In this document: positions 47,622 to 57,089 of the stretch, in pieces
Layout: each line of letters opens with the position of its first letter
Numbering within the stretch: the first letter of the stretch is position 1
Assembly (NCBI GenBank): GCA_047633635.1
Contig: JBLIFG010000003.1
Span: forward strand, 31,273-95,272
DNA length: 64,000 bases
From: Cellvibrionaceae bacterium
GTDB taxonomy: Bacteria; Pseudomonadota; Gammaproteobacteria; Pseudomonadales; Cellvibrionaceae
Direction: 5' to 3'
The notes under the pieces: model-generated
What the model was told of the DNA's origin: nothing
The model's database searches: none
Seen by the model: only the letters and a program-made list of their open reading frames with translations
Position numbers and translations under genes: made by a program

Positions 47622-49112
47622 TTAGGTTGGCATTGAAAACAATGCACCCTCGCGAATTCCGGCAGAAGGCCAGCGCTGGGTAACTGTTTTGCGCTTAGTG
47701 TAAAAACGCACCGCATCTGGACCGTAAGCGTGCAGGTCACCAAACAATGAACGCTTCCAACCACCAAAGCTATGATAAGCAACAGGTACAGGCAGTGGCA
47801 CGTTGATACCAACCATACCTACTTGTATGTTGTCGGCAAAATAACGCGCGGCTTCACCGTCGCGGGTAAAGATACAGGTACCATTGCCATATTCGTGGGC
47901 GTCAATTATATCCATCGCTTCTTGCATAGTTGCTACACGCACCACCTGCAATACTGGGCCAAAAATTTCTTCTTTATAGCTTGTCATATCAACAGTAACG
48001 TTATCGATTAAGGTACCGCCAACAAAGAAACCATCGTCATAGCCTTCAACCTTTGGATTGCGTCCATCAACCACAATCGTAGCACCCTGCTCTTCAGCGT
48101 GATTAATATAGCCAACTACTTTGTCGCGATGCTGGCAGGTAATAACCGGACCAAAATCATTGCTGCTGTCACTATACGCACCTACTTTAAGAGCAGTCAT
48201 CGCTTTAGACATTTTTTCAACTAAGATATCACCGGCAGCATCACCGACTGCAACAGCCACAGATAAGGCCATGCAACGCTCGCCCGAAGAACCAAAGGCG
48301 GCGCCTAGTAGCTGATTGACAGCATTGTCCATATCGGCATCTGGCATCACGATAGCGTGATTTTTTGCACCACCCAGTGCTTGGCAACGCTTACCATTAG
48401 CGGTAGCTGTCGCATAAATATATTCAGCGATTGGGGTTGAACCCACAAAGCTAACCGCTTTAACGCGCTTGTCAGTCAACAACACATCAACCGCAACTTT
48501 ATCGCCATTGACTACGTTCATAACACCATCGGGTAGGCCTGCTTCTTTTAATAACGCAGCAATAAATAGCGTTGAGCTTGGATCGCGCTCTGATGGTTTG
48601 AGGATAAAACAGTTACCACAGGCAATGGCCATAGGATACATCCACAGTGGCACCATGGCTGGAAAATTAAATGGCGTAATACCGGCAACAACACCTAATG
48701 GCTGAAACTCACTCCATGAGTCAATGTTGGGACCAACATTTTTGCTGTGCTCGCCTTTTAATAATTCTGGCACGCCGCAAGCGTATTCAACATTCTCGAT
48801 ACCGCGTTGTAATTCACCTGCCGCATCATGTGATATTTTGCCGTGCTCTTCGCCAATCAACTCGCAGATTTTATCGGCATTGGCTTCCAGTAATTCTTTA
48901 AACTTAAACATGACTCGCGCACGTTTTAATGGCGGGGTATTCCGCCATGCTGGATATGCAGCCTCAGCAGCACTAATTGCTTGTTCTACAGTTTCGACAG
49001 AAGCTAATGCGACTTGGCGATGCGCCTTGCCCGTTGCCGGATTAAACACATCTTGAGTGCGTTCGGCGTCATGGTTACTTTCACCGTTAATTAAGTGTCC
49101 AATAGTATTCAT
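47622..49112 (-). CDS. mmsA: CoA-acylating methylmalonate/malonate-semialdehyde dehydrogenase (DddC-like)
   Basis: 496-aa aldehyde dehydrogenase with the MMSDH-type catalytic region SSGERCMALS. Confidence 0.9.
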   Translation of the reverse strand: MNTIGHLINGESNHDAERTQDVFNPATGKAHRQVALASVETVEQAISAAEAAYPAWRNTPPLKRARVMFKFKELLEANADKICELIGEEHGKISHDAAGELQRGIENVEYACGVPELLKGEHSKNVGPNIDSWSEFQPLGVVAGITPFNFPAMVPLWMYPMAIACGNCFILKPSERDPSSTLFIAALLKEAGLPDGVMNVVNGDKVAVDVLLTDKRVKAVSFVGSTPIAEYIYATATANGKRCQALGGAKNHAIVMPDADMDNAVNQLLGAAFGSSGERCMALSVAVAVGDAAGDILVEKMSKAMTALKVGAYSDSSNDFGPVITCQHRDKVVGYINHAEEQGATIVVDGRNPKVEGYDDGFFVGGTLIDNVTVDMTSYKEEIFGPVLQVVRVATMQEAMDIIDAHEYGNGTCIFTRDGEAARYFADNIQVGMVGINVPLPVPVAYHSFGGWKRSLFGDLHAYGPDAVRFYTKRKTVTQRWPSAGIREGALFSMPT

Positions 49113-49151
49113 AAATAATTCCTAGATAAAAAATAATGTTAATAATGGGAG

Positions 49152-50312
49152 TTAATCCCAAAGTCCTTGATAGATCGCGACCATTTCGCTGATCGATGGC
49201 TCAATTGGGTTGTTACCCGGCGAGCCCGAGGCCAAAGCTTGCTCGGCCATAGTTTGACAAACCGCGAAGTAATCATCGCGCTTAATACCAAATTTTTCTG
49301 GTGTAGGCACCGCCAACTCATCATTTAATGCGCTTAATTCAATTAATAGTTTGTCGTTGGCAACCGCGTTACTATCTTGCTCAGTGGCAATTCCCATTGC
49401 CCGTGCACAGTCTGCATAACGCTCAGGTGCAGCAGGAATAGAAAAAGCCGTGACACTAGGTAGTAACATTGCATTAGAGAGACCGTGGGGCACATGAAAA
49501 AAGGCCCCGATAGGACGACTCATACCATGCACCAAAGCCACTGATGCACTAGAAAAGGCGATACCCGCAAGGGTTGAGCCGAGCATCATAGCTTCACGAG
49601 CACCCTGGTCTGCACCGTTATGATAGACTTTTCGAAGATTGGGTCCAATGAGTTTAATCGCAGCAATTGCTTGGGTATCGCTGTAGGCGTTGGCTTTTTT
49701 ACTCACATACGACTCAATGGCATGAGTTAAGGCATCAATACCCGTATCGGCGGTGATACGCGGGGGTAAACTCAGAGTTAACTTGTAATCAACCAATGCG
49801 GCAATAGGCATAAAACCAATGCCCACACAAAGCATTTTTTCGTCGCTGACTTCGTCCGTGATGATGGTAAAGCGAGTGACTTCAGAACCAGTGCCCGCTG
49901 TAGTAGGTACGGCAATCACAGGCAGGCCTTGCTCTATGACCATGCGCGGAAAACGATAATCTTGCATCACACCACCGTGCTTGGCTAAAATCGCGATAGC
50001 CTTAGCACTATCAATTGGACTACCTCCACCCAAGGCAATAATACAGTCATAGCTGCCCTCACGCGCCTTCGCAACACCCGCTTGAATCGATTTAACCGTA
50101 GGTTCTGGCATGGTATCGTCAAAAACATCGTTAACAATGTTATGACTGTCTAAATTATCTTGAAGAAGACGAGCATAACCTAGCTCCACCATCATCTTGT
50201 CGGTAATAATCAATGGACGGCTGCAGCCGAGGCTCACTAAAATACTGGGGATTTCCAGACTTGCATCTTCGCCTACCTGCATAATACGCGGCAGAATTAC
50301 TTGATTAGACAT
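49152..50312 (-). CDS. Iron-containing alcohol dehydrogenase (DddA-like, candidate 3-hydroxypropionate dehydrogenase)
   Basis: GGGSPIDSAKA motif and the His-rich metal site (DALTHAIE, LVHGMSRP..HVPHG) of Fe-ADH family III. Confidence 0.85.
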   Translation of the reverse strand: MSNQVILPRIMQVGEDASLEIPSILVSLGCSRPLIITDKMMVELGYARLLQDNLDSHNIVNDVFDDTMPEPTVKSIQAGVAKAREGSYDCIIALGGGSPIDSAKAIAILAKHGGVMQDYRFPRMVIEQGLPVIAVPTTAGTGSEVTRFTIITDEVSDEKMLCVGIGFMPIAALVDYKLTLSLPPRITADTGIDALTHAIESYVSKKANAYSDTQAIAAIKLIGPNLRKVYHNGADQGAREAMMLGSTLAGIAFSSASVALVHGMSRPIGAFFHVPHGLSNAMLLPSVTAFSIPAAPERYADCARAMGIATEQDSNAVANDKLLIELSALNDELAVPTPEKFGIKRDDYFAVCQTMAEQALASGSPGNNPIEPSISEMVAIYQGLWD

Positions 50313-50395
50313 ATCAACTCCTTATCTTTATTGAACTATGAAGGTGGGTGACTTTTTAATACTCAAAGTCACTCACACTGATGTCGTGTTCGTTG

Positions 50396-51274
50396 TTAGC
50401 GATGGCGAAAAACAGGTGCACGCTTAGCGATAAAGGCGTGCATTCCCTCTTTTTGACCCTCTGTGGCGAAGGCTGCCTGAAACAGGCGTCGCTCGTGACG
50501 GATACCCTCTGTGAGGCTAGTTTCAAAGGCTACGTTTACCGCCTCTTTAGCCATGCGTACAGCTGGGCTGTTATAGCCTGCAATGGTGTGCGCTGCTTCG
50601 AGCGCGGTTTGCAACAACTCTTTACCCGGTACAACGCGCGCCACGAGTCCTGCGGCTTTAGCTTCGTAGACATCAATGGTTCTGCCTGTAAGTACAAGAT
50701 CCATGGCCAGCGACTTACCGACAGCATTGGCTAGACGTTGAGAGCCACCGATGCCTGGCAAAATGCCTAGCTTAATTTCTGGCTGTCCAAACTGAGCATC
50801 TTCTGAGGCAATAATAAAATCACACATCAATGCCAGCTCGCAACCACCGCCAAGTGCATAGCCACTAACAGCGGCAATGATGGGTTTACTGATCAACCGC
50901 AATTCGTCCCAGGGTGCAAAGATATCGTCACAATAAAATTCGGCATAATTTAGATTGGCCATCTCTTCAATATCCGCACCCGCCGCAAAGGCACGAGAGC
51001 TACCAGTAATAATAATGGCACCAATGTTATCGTCGGCATCAAAGGCTTTTAAAGTGTCAACCACTTCACGAGCGAGCTGTCGGCTTAAGGCATTTAGACT
51101 TTTAGGCCGGTGCAATGTGATCATGCCTACTCGCTCTCGGCGTTCGACAAGAATGGTCTCCATTGGTGCTAATGTCGATTTCGGCTTGGTATCAGCTTGA
51201 TTGGGGTTATTGCTTGCGCTGTTTTCCTGATCAGTATCGACGGGCTTAGATATATCGCTTTTTGTAGTTTTCAT
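50396..51274 (-). CDS. Enoyl-CoA hydratase/crotonase-family protein (AcuK-like)
   Basis: Crotonase motifs [10 protein letters not shown] and [15 protein letters not shown]. The 37-aa polar N-terminal extension may not be translated, since an alternative ATG lies at 51163. Confidence 0.88.
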   Translation of the reverse strand: MKTTKSDISKPVDTDQENSASNNPNQADTKPKSTLAPMETILVERRERVGMITLHRPKSLNALSRQLAREVVDTLKAFDADDNIGAIIITGSSRAFAAGADIEEMANLNYAEFYCDDIFAPWDELRLISKPIIAAVSGYALGGGCELALMCDFIIASEDAQFGQPEIKLGILPGIGGSQRLANAVGKSLAMDLVLTGRTIDVYEAKAAGLVARVVPGKELLQTALEAAHTIAGYNSPAVRMAKEAVNVAFETSLTEGIRHERRLFQAAFATEGQKEGMHAFIAKRAPVFRHR

Positions 51275-51343
51275 AATGCTGCTCTCTCTATCTGTCTAGA
51301 ATACTATGGTTTAGGTTACAGAAATAACGTCGAAATACGCCGC

Positions 51344-52579
51344 TCATTCATCATCATCCGCATTTGCCCTAGGGTGCGATGTCGGTGCATAGGCACCGTT
51401 ACTGGCCATCAACTCTTCTAAGATTGCCTCGCGATGCTCGTTAAGTGCCGGGGACCGGAGTGGTATTTCGGGATCAACTTCTGATACTGAGCCCATCTTG
51501 ATGGGGTTACCGGCTGTGCGGATAGCTGTTTGGTTTTCGCCGATAACTTTAACAATCATGTTGCGGGCTAGCAGTTGTGGATGCGTAAATAATTTATCGA
51601 TAGTATTTATCGGAGAACACGGCACTCCAGCCTCATTGAGGGCGTCGATCCAATGCTGCATTGGCTGGGTCAGCGTTATCGCTTCGACATCTTTAACTAG
51701 CTGCTTACGATTTTTCACGCGCAAGTCATTGGTTAAAAATTGCTCTTCTAAGGCCATTTGAGGGGCGCCCAAGGCATCCATCATTAGCAAGAATAGCGTA
51801 TCGTTACCTGCACACATGACAAACTTACCGTCTTTTGCTGCAAAGGTTTCAAACGGTGCCAGCGAAGGATGATTATCGCCGGTGCGTGTGGGCACAATGC
51901 CCTCGACGTCATATCGTGCAAGTGCAGTTTCCATCAACGCCGCCTGACAATCTAGCATGCCGATATCGACGCGAGTTCCCTGAGCATCACGGGTGCGACT
52001 GTACAGTGCCGACAAAATACCGATAACGCCAAAGAGTGCGGCACCTAAATCACCAAAACTTGTACCAACGCGAGCGGGCTCTTCATCTGGCCAACCCGTC
52101 AGGCTCATGACTCCACCCATGGCTTGGACCACCATATCGTAGCCCGGCAATTCGCTAAATGGGCCGCTGTGACCAAAACCTGAAATAGAGGTATAAATAA
52201 TATGCGGATGGGTTTTGGCAAGACGTTCGGGGCCGTAGCCTAGTCGCTCCATCACGCCGGGACGAAAATTCTCAACCACCACGTCAGAGCTATCCAACAG
52301 GCGCTCTAACAGCTCGCGGTCGCGGGGTGATTTAATGTCGAGAGAAATACTTTCTTTGCCGCGATTGAAGCACATAAAATAGGCTGAATCGACACCTACA
52401 AAAGGCCCAAACGCACGTGTATCATCACCTGTGCCAAACCTTTCAACTTTAATCACGCGCGCACCTAGGTCGGCTAAAACCATGGTGCAGTATGGTCCGG
52501 CTAATACACGAGAGAAATCCAACACGGTAATACCCGCCAGTGGGCCTGGTTTTTCATCTGCTTCACTTGTTTGATTCAT
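51344..52579 (-). CDS. Class III (CaiB/BaiF) CoA-transferase (AcuN-like)
   Basis: GPYCTMVLADLGARVIKVE...GDDTR N-terminal signature of family III CoA-transferases, 411 aa. Confidence 0.88.
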   Translation of the reverse strand: MNQTSEADEKPGPLAGITVLDFSRVLAGPYCTMVLADLGARVIKVERFGTGDDTRAFGPFVGVDSAYFMCFNRGKESISLDIKSPRDRELLERLLDSSDVVVENFRPGVMERLGYGPERLAKTHPHIIYTSISGFGHSGPFSELPGYDMVVQAMGGVMSLTGWPDEEPARVGTSFGDLGAALFGVIGILSALYSRTRDAQGTRVDIGMLDCQAALMETALARYDVEGIVPTRTGDNHPSLAPFETFAAKDGKFVMCAGNDTLFLLMMDALGAPQMALEEQFLTNDLRVKNRKQLVKDVEAITLTQPMQHWIDALNEAGVPCSPINTIDKLFTHPQLLARNMIVKVIGENQTAIRTAGNPIKMGSVSEVDPEIPLRSPALNEHREAILEELMASNGAYAPTSHPRANADDDE

Positions 52580-53269
52580 AATTGCTAATCCAGCGGTTGG
52601 TTGTTTTTACGTCGATTTAAAATTAGAGCAACGATCCATTCTTTCAATTTACACCCATGCGAATAATGAGTCAATACGTATCAATATAAGACTTTAGTTG
52701 GTGAGCCTACAAACCGTGTAAATAGCCCGGCGAAAGCCCAAACCAACATTTTTCCGAGAGATGAAGACTAAACCAGAGCAGAATATCGCATCAAATTTAT
52801 GGAAAAAATCAAACGGGTGTTCGCCTTAGCCCCATTAATCACCCAAACTAGCCATCAACATTAGCCTCTCAAGTTAGCCTCTCAAATTAAGCACTGGCAT
52901 TAGGTATTCACATTAAATGTTCTAACGTTATAAAACCAGCAGAAGATCAGGCTAGAACTTACCGTTATTTTCTAGGTTTTATTGTTGGACCAGCGCCTAA
53001 CAACCTCAAAAAAATTGCTAAATGTAAGGCAGCACTAACTTTGAAAACATCATCTCACCTGACTGCCATCAGTCGCCACTTGATTAGATGCGTTGCCACG
53101 ATAGATATATTGAACACGGTAAAAAATCATAGCACTTCAACTTAAATTTTTGACGGCAACTGGTAAGCCTTTGCCTAAAATCCATTGTTGCCTTAGAAGT
53201 GATGACACGCTCTACCTTGTTGGGTTTCGCGCTATACTCGTCCCCACATTTTATAGTTAAGGTTAAACC

Positions 53270-54085
53270 GTGAAAGTCATCTCTATTAACGTCAATGGTA
53301 TCCGCGCCGCCGCTCGCAAAGGCTTATTTGATTGGTTAGAAAAAGTCGATGCAGACGTCATTTGCCTGCAAGAGCTAAAAGCTCAACCAGAACAAATAGA
53401 AGACAAGCTATATCACCCCGATGGATATTATCGTTATGTTCACTGTGCCGAAAAGAAGGGCTACAGCAGTGTCGGCATTTACTGCAAACAAAAACCTAAT
53501 AAAGTACATATGGGCCTAGGGGCTATTAGTGACTCAGATTGGTCTGACGTAGATCGCGAGGGCCGCTATATACAGGTCGACTTTGATGGCCTCAGTGTCG
53601 CATCACTGTATTTACCATCGGGTTCTTCGAAAGCAGAAAGACAGGTTTTCAAAGTCGATTTAATGGCTCGCTTCGAGTCTGTTTTACAAAGCATGTTACG
53701 CAAAAAGCGTGAATTTATTATTTGTGGCGACTGGAATATTGCCCATAAAAAAGTAGATATTAAAAATTGGCGGGGCAACCAGAAAAACTCTGGCTTTTTA
53801 CCCGAAGAACGCGAGTGGATGGATTGGCTATTGACTGACGACGATAATGATCGCGCAAAACCCTTAGGCTTTGCCGATGCTTTCAGAATAATCAATCAAC
53901 AAGAGCACGAGTACACTTGGTGGTCTAACCGTGGACAAGCTTGGGCAAACAATACCGGTTGGCGTATTGACTACCAAATTATTACACCCGGTTTAATTGA
54001 CAAGGTTACGCCTAAATCAGATCTTATTTATAAAGCAGAGCGTTTTTCGGATCATGCACCACTTGTTATCGAATATGATATCTAG
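53270..54085 (+). CDS. xthA: Exodeoxyribonuclease III
   Basis: MKVISINVNGIRAA...CLQELK...WNIAH...SDHAPL motifs of the EEP nuclease family. The start codon is GTG. Confidence 0.9.
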   Translation: MKVISINVNGIRAAARKGLFDWLEKVDADVICLQELKAQPEQIEDKLYHPDGYYRYVHCAEKKGYSSVGIYCKQKPNKVHMGLGAISDSDWSDVDREGRYIQVDFDGLSVASLYLPSGSSKAERQVFKVDLMARFESVLQSMLRKKREFIICGDWNIAHKKVDIKNWRGNQKNSGFLPEEREWMDWLLTDDDNDRAKPLGFADAFRIINQQEHEYTWWSNRGQAWANNTGWRIDYQIITPGLIDKVTPKSDLIYKAERFSDHAPLVIEYDI

Positions 54086-54269
54086 TGTTTTTAGCTGCAG
54101 GTATTGCGGCCCGAGACGACTAGCGACTTGTTTGACGAGTCGCTTTAATGACATGCTTTCATCAAATAGTTTTATGGCCCGCTTTTATAAGCAAGCCCTT
54201 GTGACAATTTTTTACACCTTATAAATATTATAAAAATACCTGCGGCCAAAAAATAGTTTTGCTCAAGCC

Positions 54270-55436
54270 TTAATCAGCTAGCTCTATATCAGCTGTTGCC
54301 AGCAGCGTTATTAAAACATCCCTCTCGTTTGCATTAATAGGGGTTTCCAGCAAACTGTTGCAGAGCTCTTTAGAAAAACTTTCTCGAACATTAAAAGCCA
54401 CACCATTAACAAACAGCGAGCGCTCAGAAAAAGCAAAGCGACTGTGATGCGGATGCACAAGCTCAAAGCCATTATTGCTGTCAATATAATGGTTGATAGC
54501 CGCAAGCGTTAATTCATTTGAATCAGTTGCGTGGTCATCATCCAAAGGTGGCAGATGACGTGGCTCGGTAACTAGGCTGCCAAATGATTTGTTCATGGCT
54601 CGGCCAATAGCCTCGGGCGTGAGTTGCTTGGTCATCGCTAACAATTGACGCTCAACGTCTGTATTTATTTTGTAGGGGTTAGCATCAACCGAGTCTTTTT
54701 CAATACTGGTCGCGCTATCTCGATAGCGCAAATTATCGCTCCCCGTCTCAGCAAATTCCTCTATTAAATTTTCAAGTGTTGCAAATAGTAGTTCCTGTTG
54801 CGATGGCGCTCTAAAACCTACCGACAAGGTAATGCATTCGTCAGTTAGTGCCGTGCCCCAGTGAGCAACACCAGCAGGTACATAAAGCATATCACCGGGG
54901 GCCGCTGTTAGCGTTTGCACTGGTTCAAACTCCTCTAACAATTTGACCTGTGAATTTTCTTGTAGGCGGGTCGCATCGTCACAGACCTGTCCTAACTGCC
55001 ATTCACGAGTGCCTGAGACCTGCAATAAAAACACATCATAATAATCAAAATGTGGCCCCACACCCCCACCAACAGGGGCAAAACTTGCCATAACATCTTC
55101 TAGACGCCACTTCGGCAGAAATGAAAAGCGCTCCAAAATTGCATGAACCTCTTCAACCCATTGATCGACCCCCTGCACTAGCAATGTCCAATTTTTATTG
55201 GGCATCGATAATAATTGTTGCTCCGTAAACGGACCTTGCTCACATGACCATTTATTGTTTAAACCAAAGCCCGAGATGATACGAGCTTCGCTCTCGGCTT
55301 CACAGGCGATACCCGCCAAATCGCCACTATCAATAATACCCACCAAATCGGTGATCGATGACCGCAACATTAATGGTTGCTGCTGCCAATAATTTTTTAA
55401 AAAATCCTCGCGCGTACAGTCTACAAATATCGACAC
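54270..55436 (-). CDS. roxA: JmjC/cupin ribosomal oxygenase (RoxA/YcfD-like)
   Basis: FLKNYWQQQP N-terminus and an HFD...H iron triad within the cupin fold, 388 aa. Confidence 0.7.
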   Translation of the reverse strand: MSIFVDCTREDFLKNYWQQQPLMLRSSITDLVGIIDSGDLAGIACEAESEARIISGFGLNNKWSCEQGPFTEQQLLSMPNKNWTLLVQGVDQWVEEVHAILERFSFLPKWRLEDVMASFAPVGGGVGPHFDYYDVFLLQVSGTREWQLGQVCDDATRLQENSQVKLLEEFEPVQTLTAAPGDMLYVPAGVAHWGTALTDECITLSVGFRAPSQQELLFATLENLIEEFAETGSDNLRYRDSATSIEKDSVDANPYKINTDVERQLLAMTKQLTPEAIGRAMNKSFGSLVTEPRHLPPLDDDHATDSNELTLAAINHYIDSNNGFELVHPHHSRFAFSERSLFVNGVAFNVRESFSKELCNSLLETPINANERDVLITLLATADIELAD

Positions 55437-55605
55437 AAATAACCTTACCAGTTGAATGAAACTAAAAAATAATCATAACGTAAATATGTTGCTAATATAG
55501 AACAATTTAGAAACCATCCTTCTAGTTTACAACGAATAATTATATACTCTACCTGTATATTTAAGTGTTTCAGGTTGTTTTAAAAATGCATAGAGAGCCT
55601 TTAAA

Positions 55606-56073
55606 ATGTTAACCATCTGGGTCGATGCCGACGCCTGCCCTGTCGTTATTAAAGAGATTATCTGTCGAGCAGCAGACCGCACACAAACGCCTGCCGTCTT
55701 TGTTGCCAATCAACCAATTAGCCTACCCAAGTCGAGACATACTCAAATGCTACAGGTGGTCGCAGGTTTTGATGTGGCAGATGATACTATTGTAGAAAAA
55801 GTTCAAGCGGGTGACATTGTAGTCACCAGCGATATTCCACTAGCGGCAGAAGTCCTCGAAAAAAAAGGGCTTGTTATAACGGCAAGAGGTGAACGCTACA
55901 CGCAAGAAAATATAAAAGCACGCCTAACAATGCGTGATTTTATGGAGACAATGCGAGCCAGTGGCATTCAATCGAGTGGACAGGCAACACTCAATCACAC
56001 AGATCGTCAAACCTTTGCAAATGCACTCGATGGCATACTCACAAAAAAAATAACACAAGCAAGCACTCAATAA
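55606..56073 (+). CDS. yaiI: YaiI/YqxD family protein (UPF0178, DUF188)
   Basis: MLTIWVDADACP N-terminus is characteristic of the family, 155 aa. Confidence 0.8.
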   Translation: MLTIWVDADACPVVIKEIICRAADRTQTPAVFVANQPISLPKSRHTQMLQVVAGFDVADDTIVEKVQAGDIVVTSDIPLAAEVLEKKGLVITARGERYTQENIKARLTMRDFMETMRASGIQSSGQATLNHTDRQTFANALDGILTKKITQASTQ

Positions 56074-56115
56074 AATACTGTCTAAAAAGTTAAGTACTAA
56101 CGAGTGCTTTTAGAA

Positions 56116-56730
56116 CTAAAGTTTATCGGTAACAATCTGCCCCCACAATTGCTCAATACGCTTTTCGCGGCCACAGGAATGACGATAATATTTGTAGCGC
56201 AGACTACTCTTCTTATAAAAATCTTGGTGATAAGCCTCTGCTGAATAAAACTTTTTGGCCTTTAAAATTTCAGTGACAATCGATTCGTCAAAAGGTTTTG
56301 TTAGTTTAATACTGGCTAGAGAATCTTCAAACACTGCTTTTTGTGCCTCATCTTGATAAAATAGCGCCGTCTTATAAGAAGAGCCTTTATCACAAAACTG
56401 TCCGTTGGGGTCAGTAGGGTCGATGGTATACCAATAAAAATCGACGAGATCCCTTAAGGTTACTAGGTCTTTGTTGTAGGTGATTTTCACCGCCTCAAAA
56501 TGCCCAGTCTGGTTCGACGAGACTTCTTTGTAGGTTGGATTTAGAGTTGACCCGTTAATGTAGCCAGACTCTGCGTGTAACACGCCCTTATGCTTTTCAA
56601 AATCTGACTCGGTACACCAAAAGCAACCACCAGCGACAATTAATACACCTTCTTTGATGGTGTTTTGGGCAAAGCTATTGCTAACTTGCATCAACCATAA
56701 AGTTGCGAGTAAACAGAATATTTTTTTCAT
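56116..56730 (-). CDS. msrA: Peptide-methionine (S)-S-oxide reductase MsrA with an N-terminal signal peptide
   Basis: GGCFWC active-site motif. It is preceded by MKKIFCLLATLWLMQVSNSFA, a cleavable Sec-type leader. Confidence 0.88.
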   Translation of the reverse strand: MKKIFCLLATLWLMQVSNSFAQNTIKEGVLIVAGGCFWCTESDFEKHKGVLHAESGYINGSTLNPTYKEVSSNQTGHFEAVKITYNKDLVTLRDLVDFYWYTIDPTDPNGQFCDKGSSYKTALFYQDEAQKAVFEDSLASIKLTKPFDESIVTEILKAKKFYSAEAYHQDFYKKSSLRYKYYRHSCGREKRIEQLWGQIVTDKL

Positions 56731-57089
56731 GCGCGCTCCTAGTTATTGAGTGACCCTACTGATGCTAAAATTTTTATCGCATCACAATGACATAATTAGA
56801 CTGTCCGAGCATAAACTAGCTATCTGACCGCCTAAGTTTCACCCTATTTATTTGACGGACTAGCTATCGACTCATCTATCGATAGACATATCTAACGTCT
56901 AACAATCAGACCAGAAAGCACCTACAAATAGTGCATATTATTTTATTGTGATGATTCACATAAATATTATCTATGAGGCCATGTAAGAGCTATCTTGAAC
57001 GTCAACTAAAGCATAAGATCAATAATCAGTCCTAAAGTTGCACTTTATCTTTAATACAAATAGTGACGCTTTTCAACTTTGTCCTTAGG

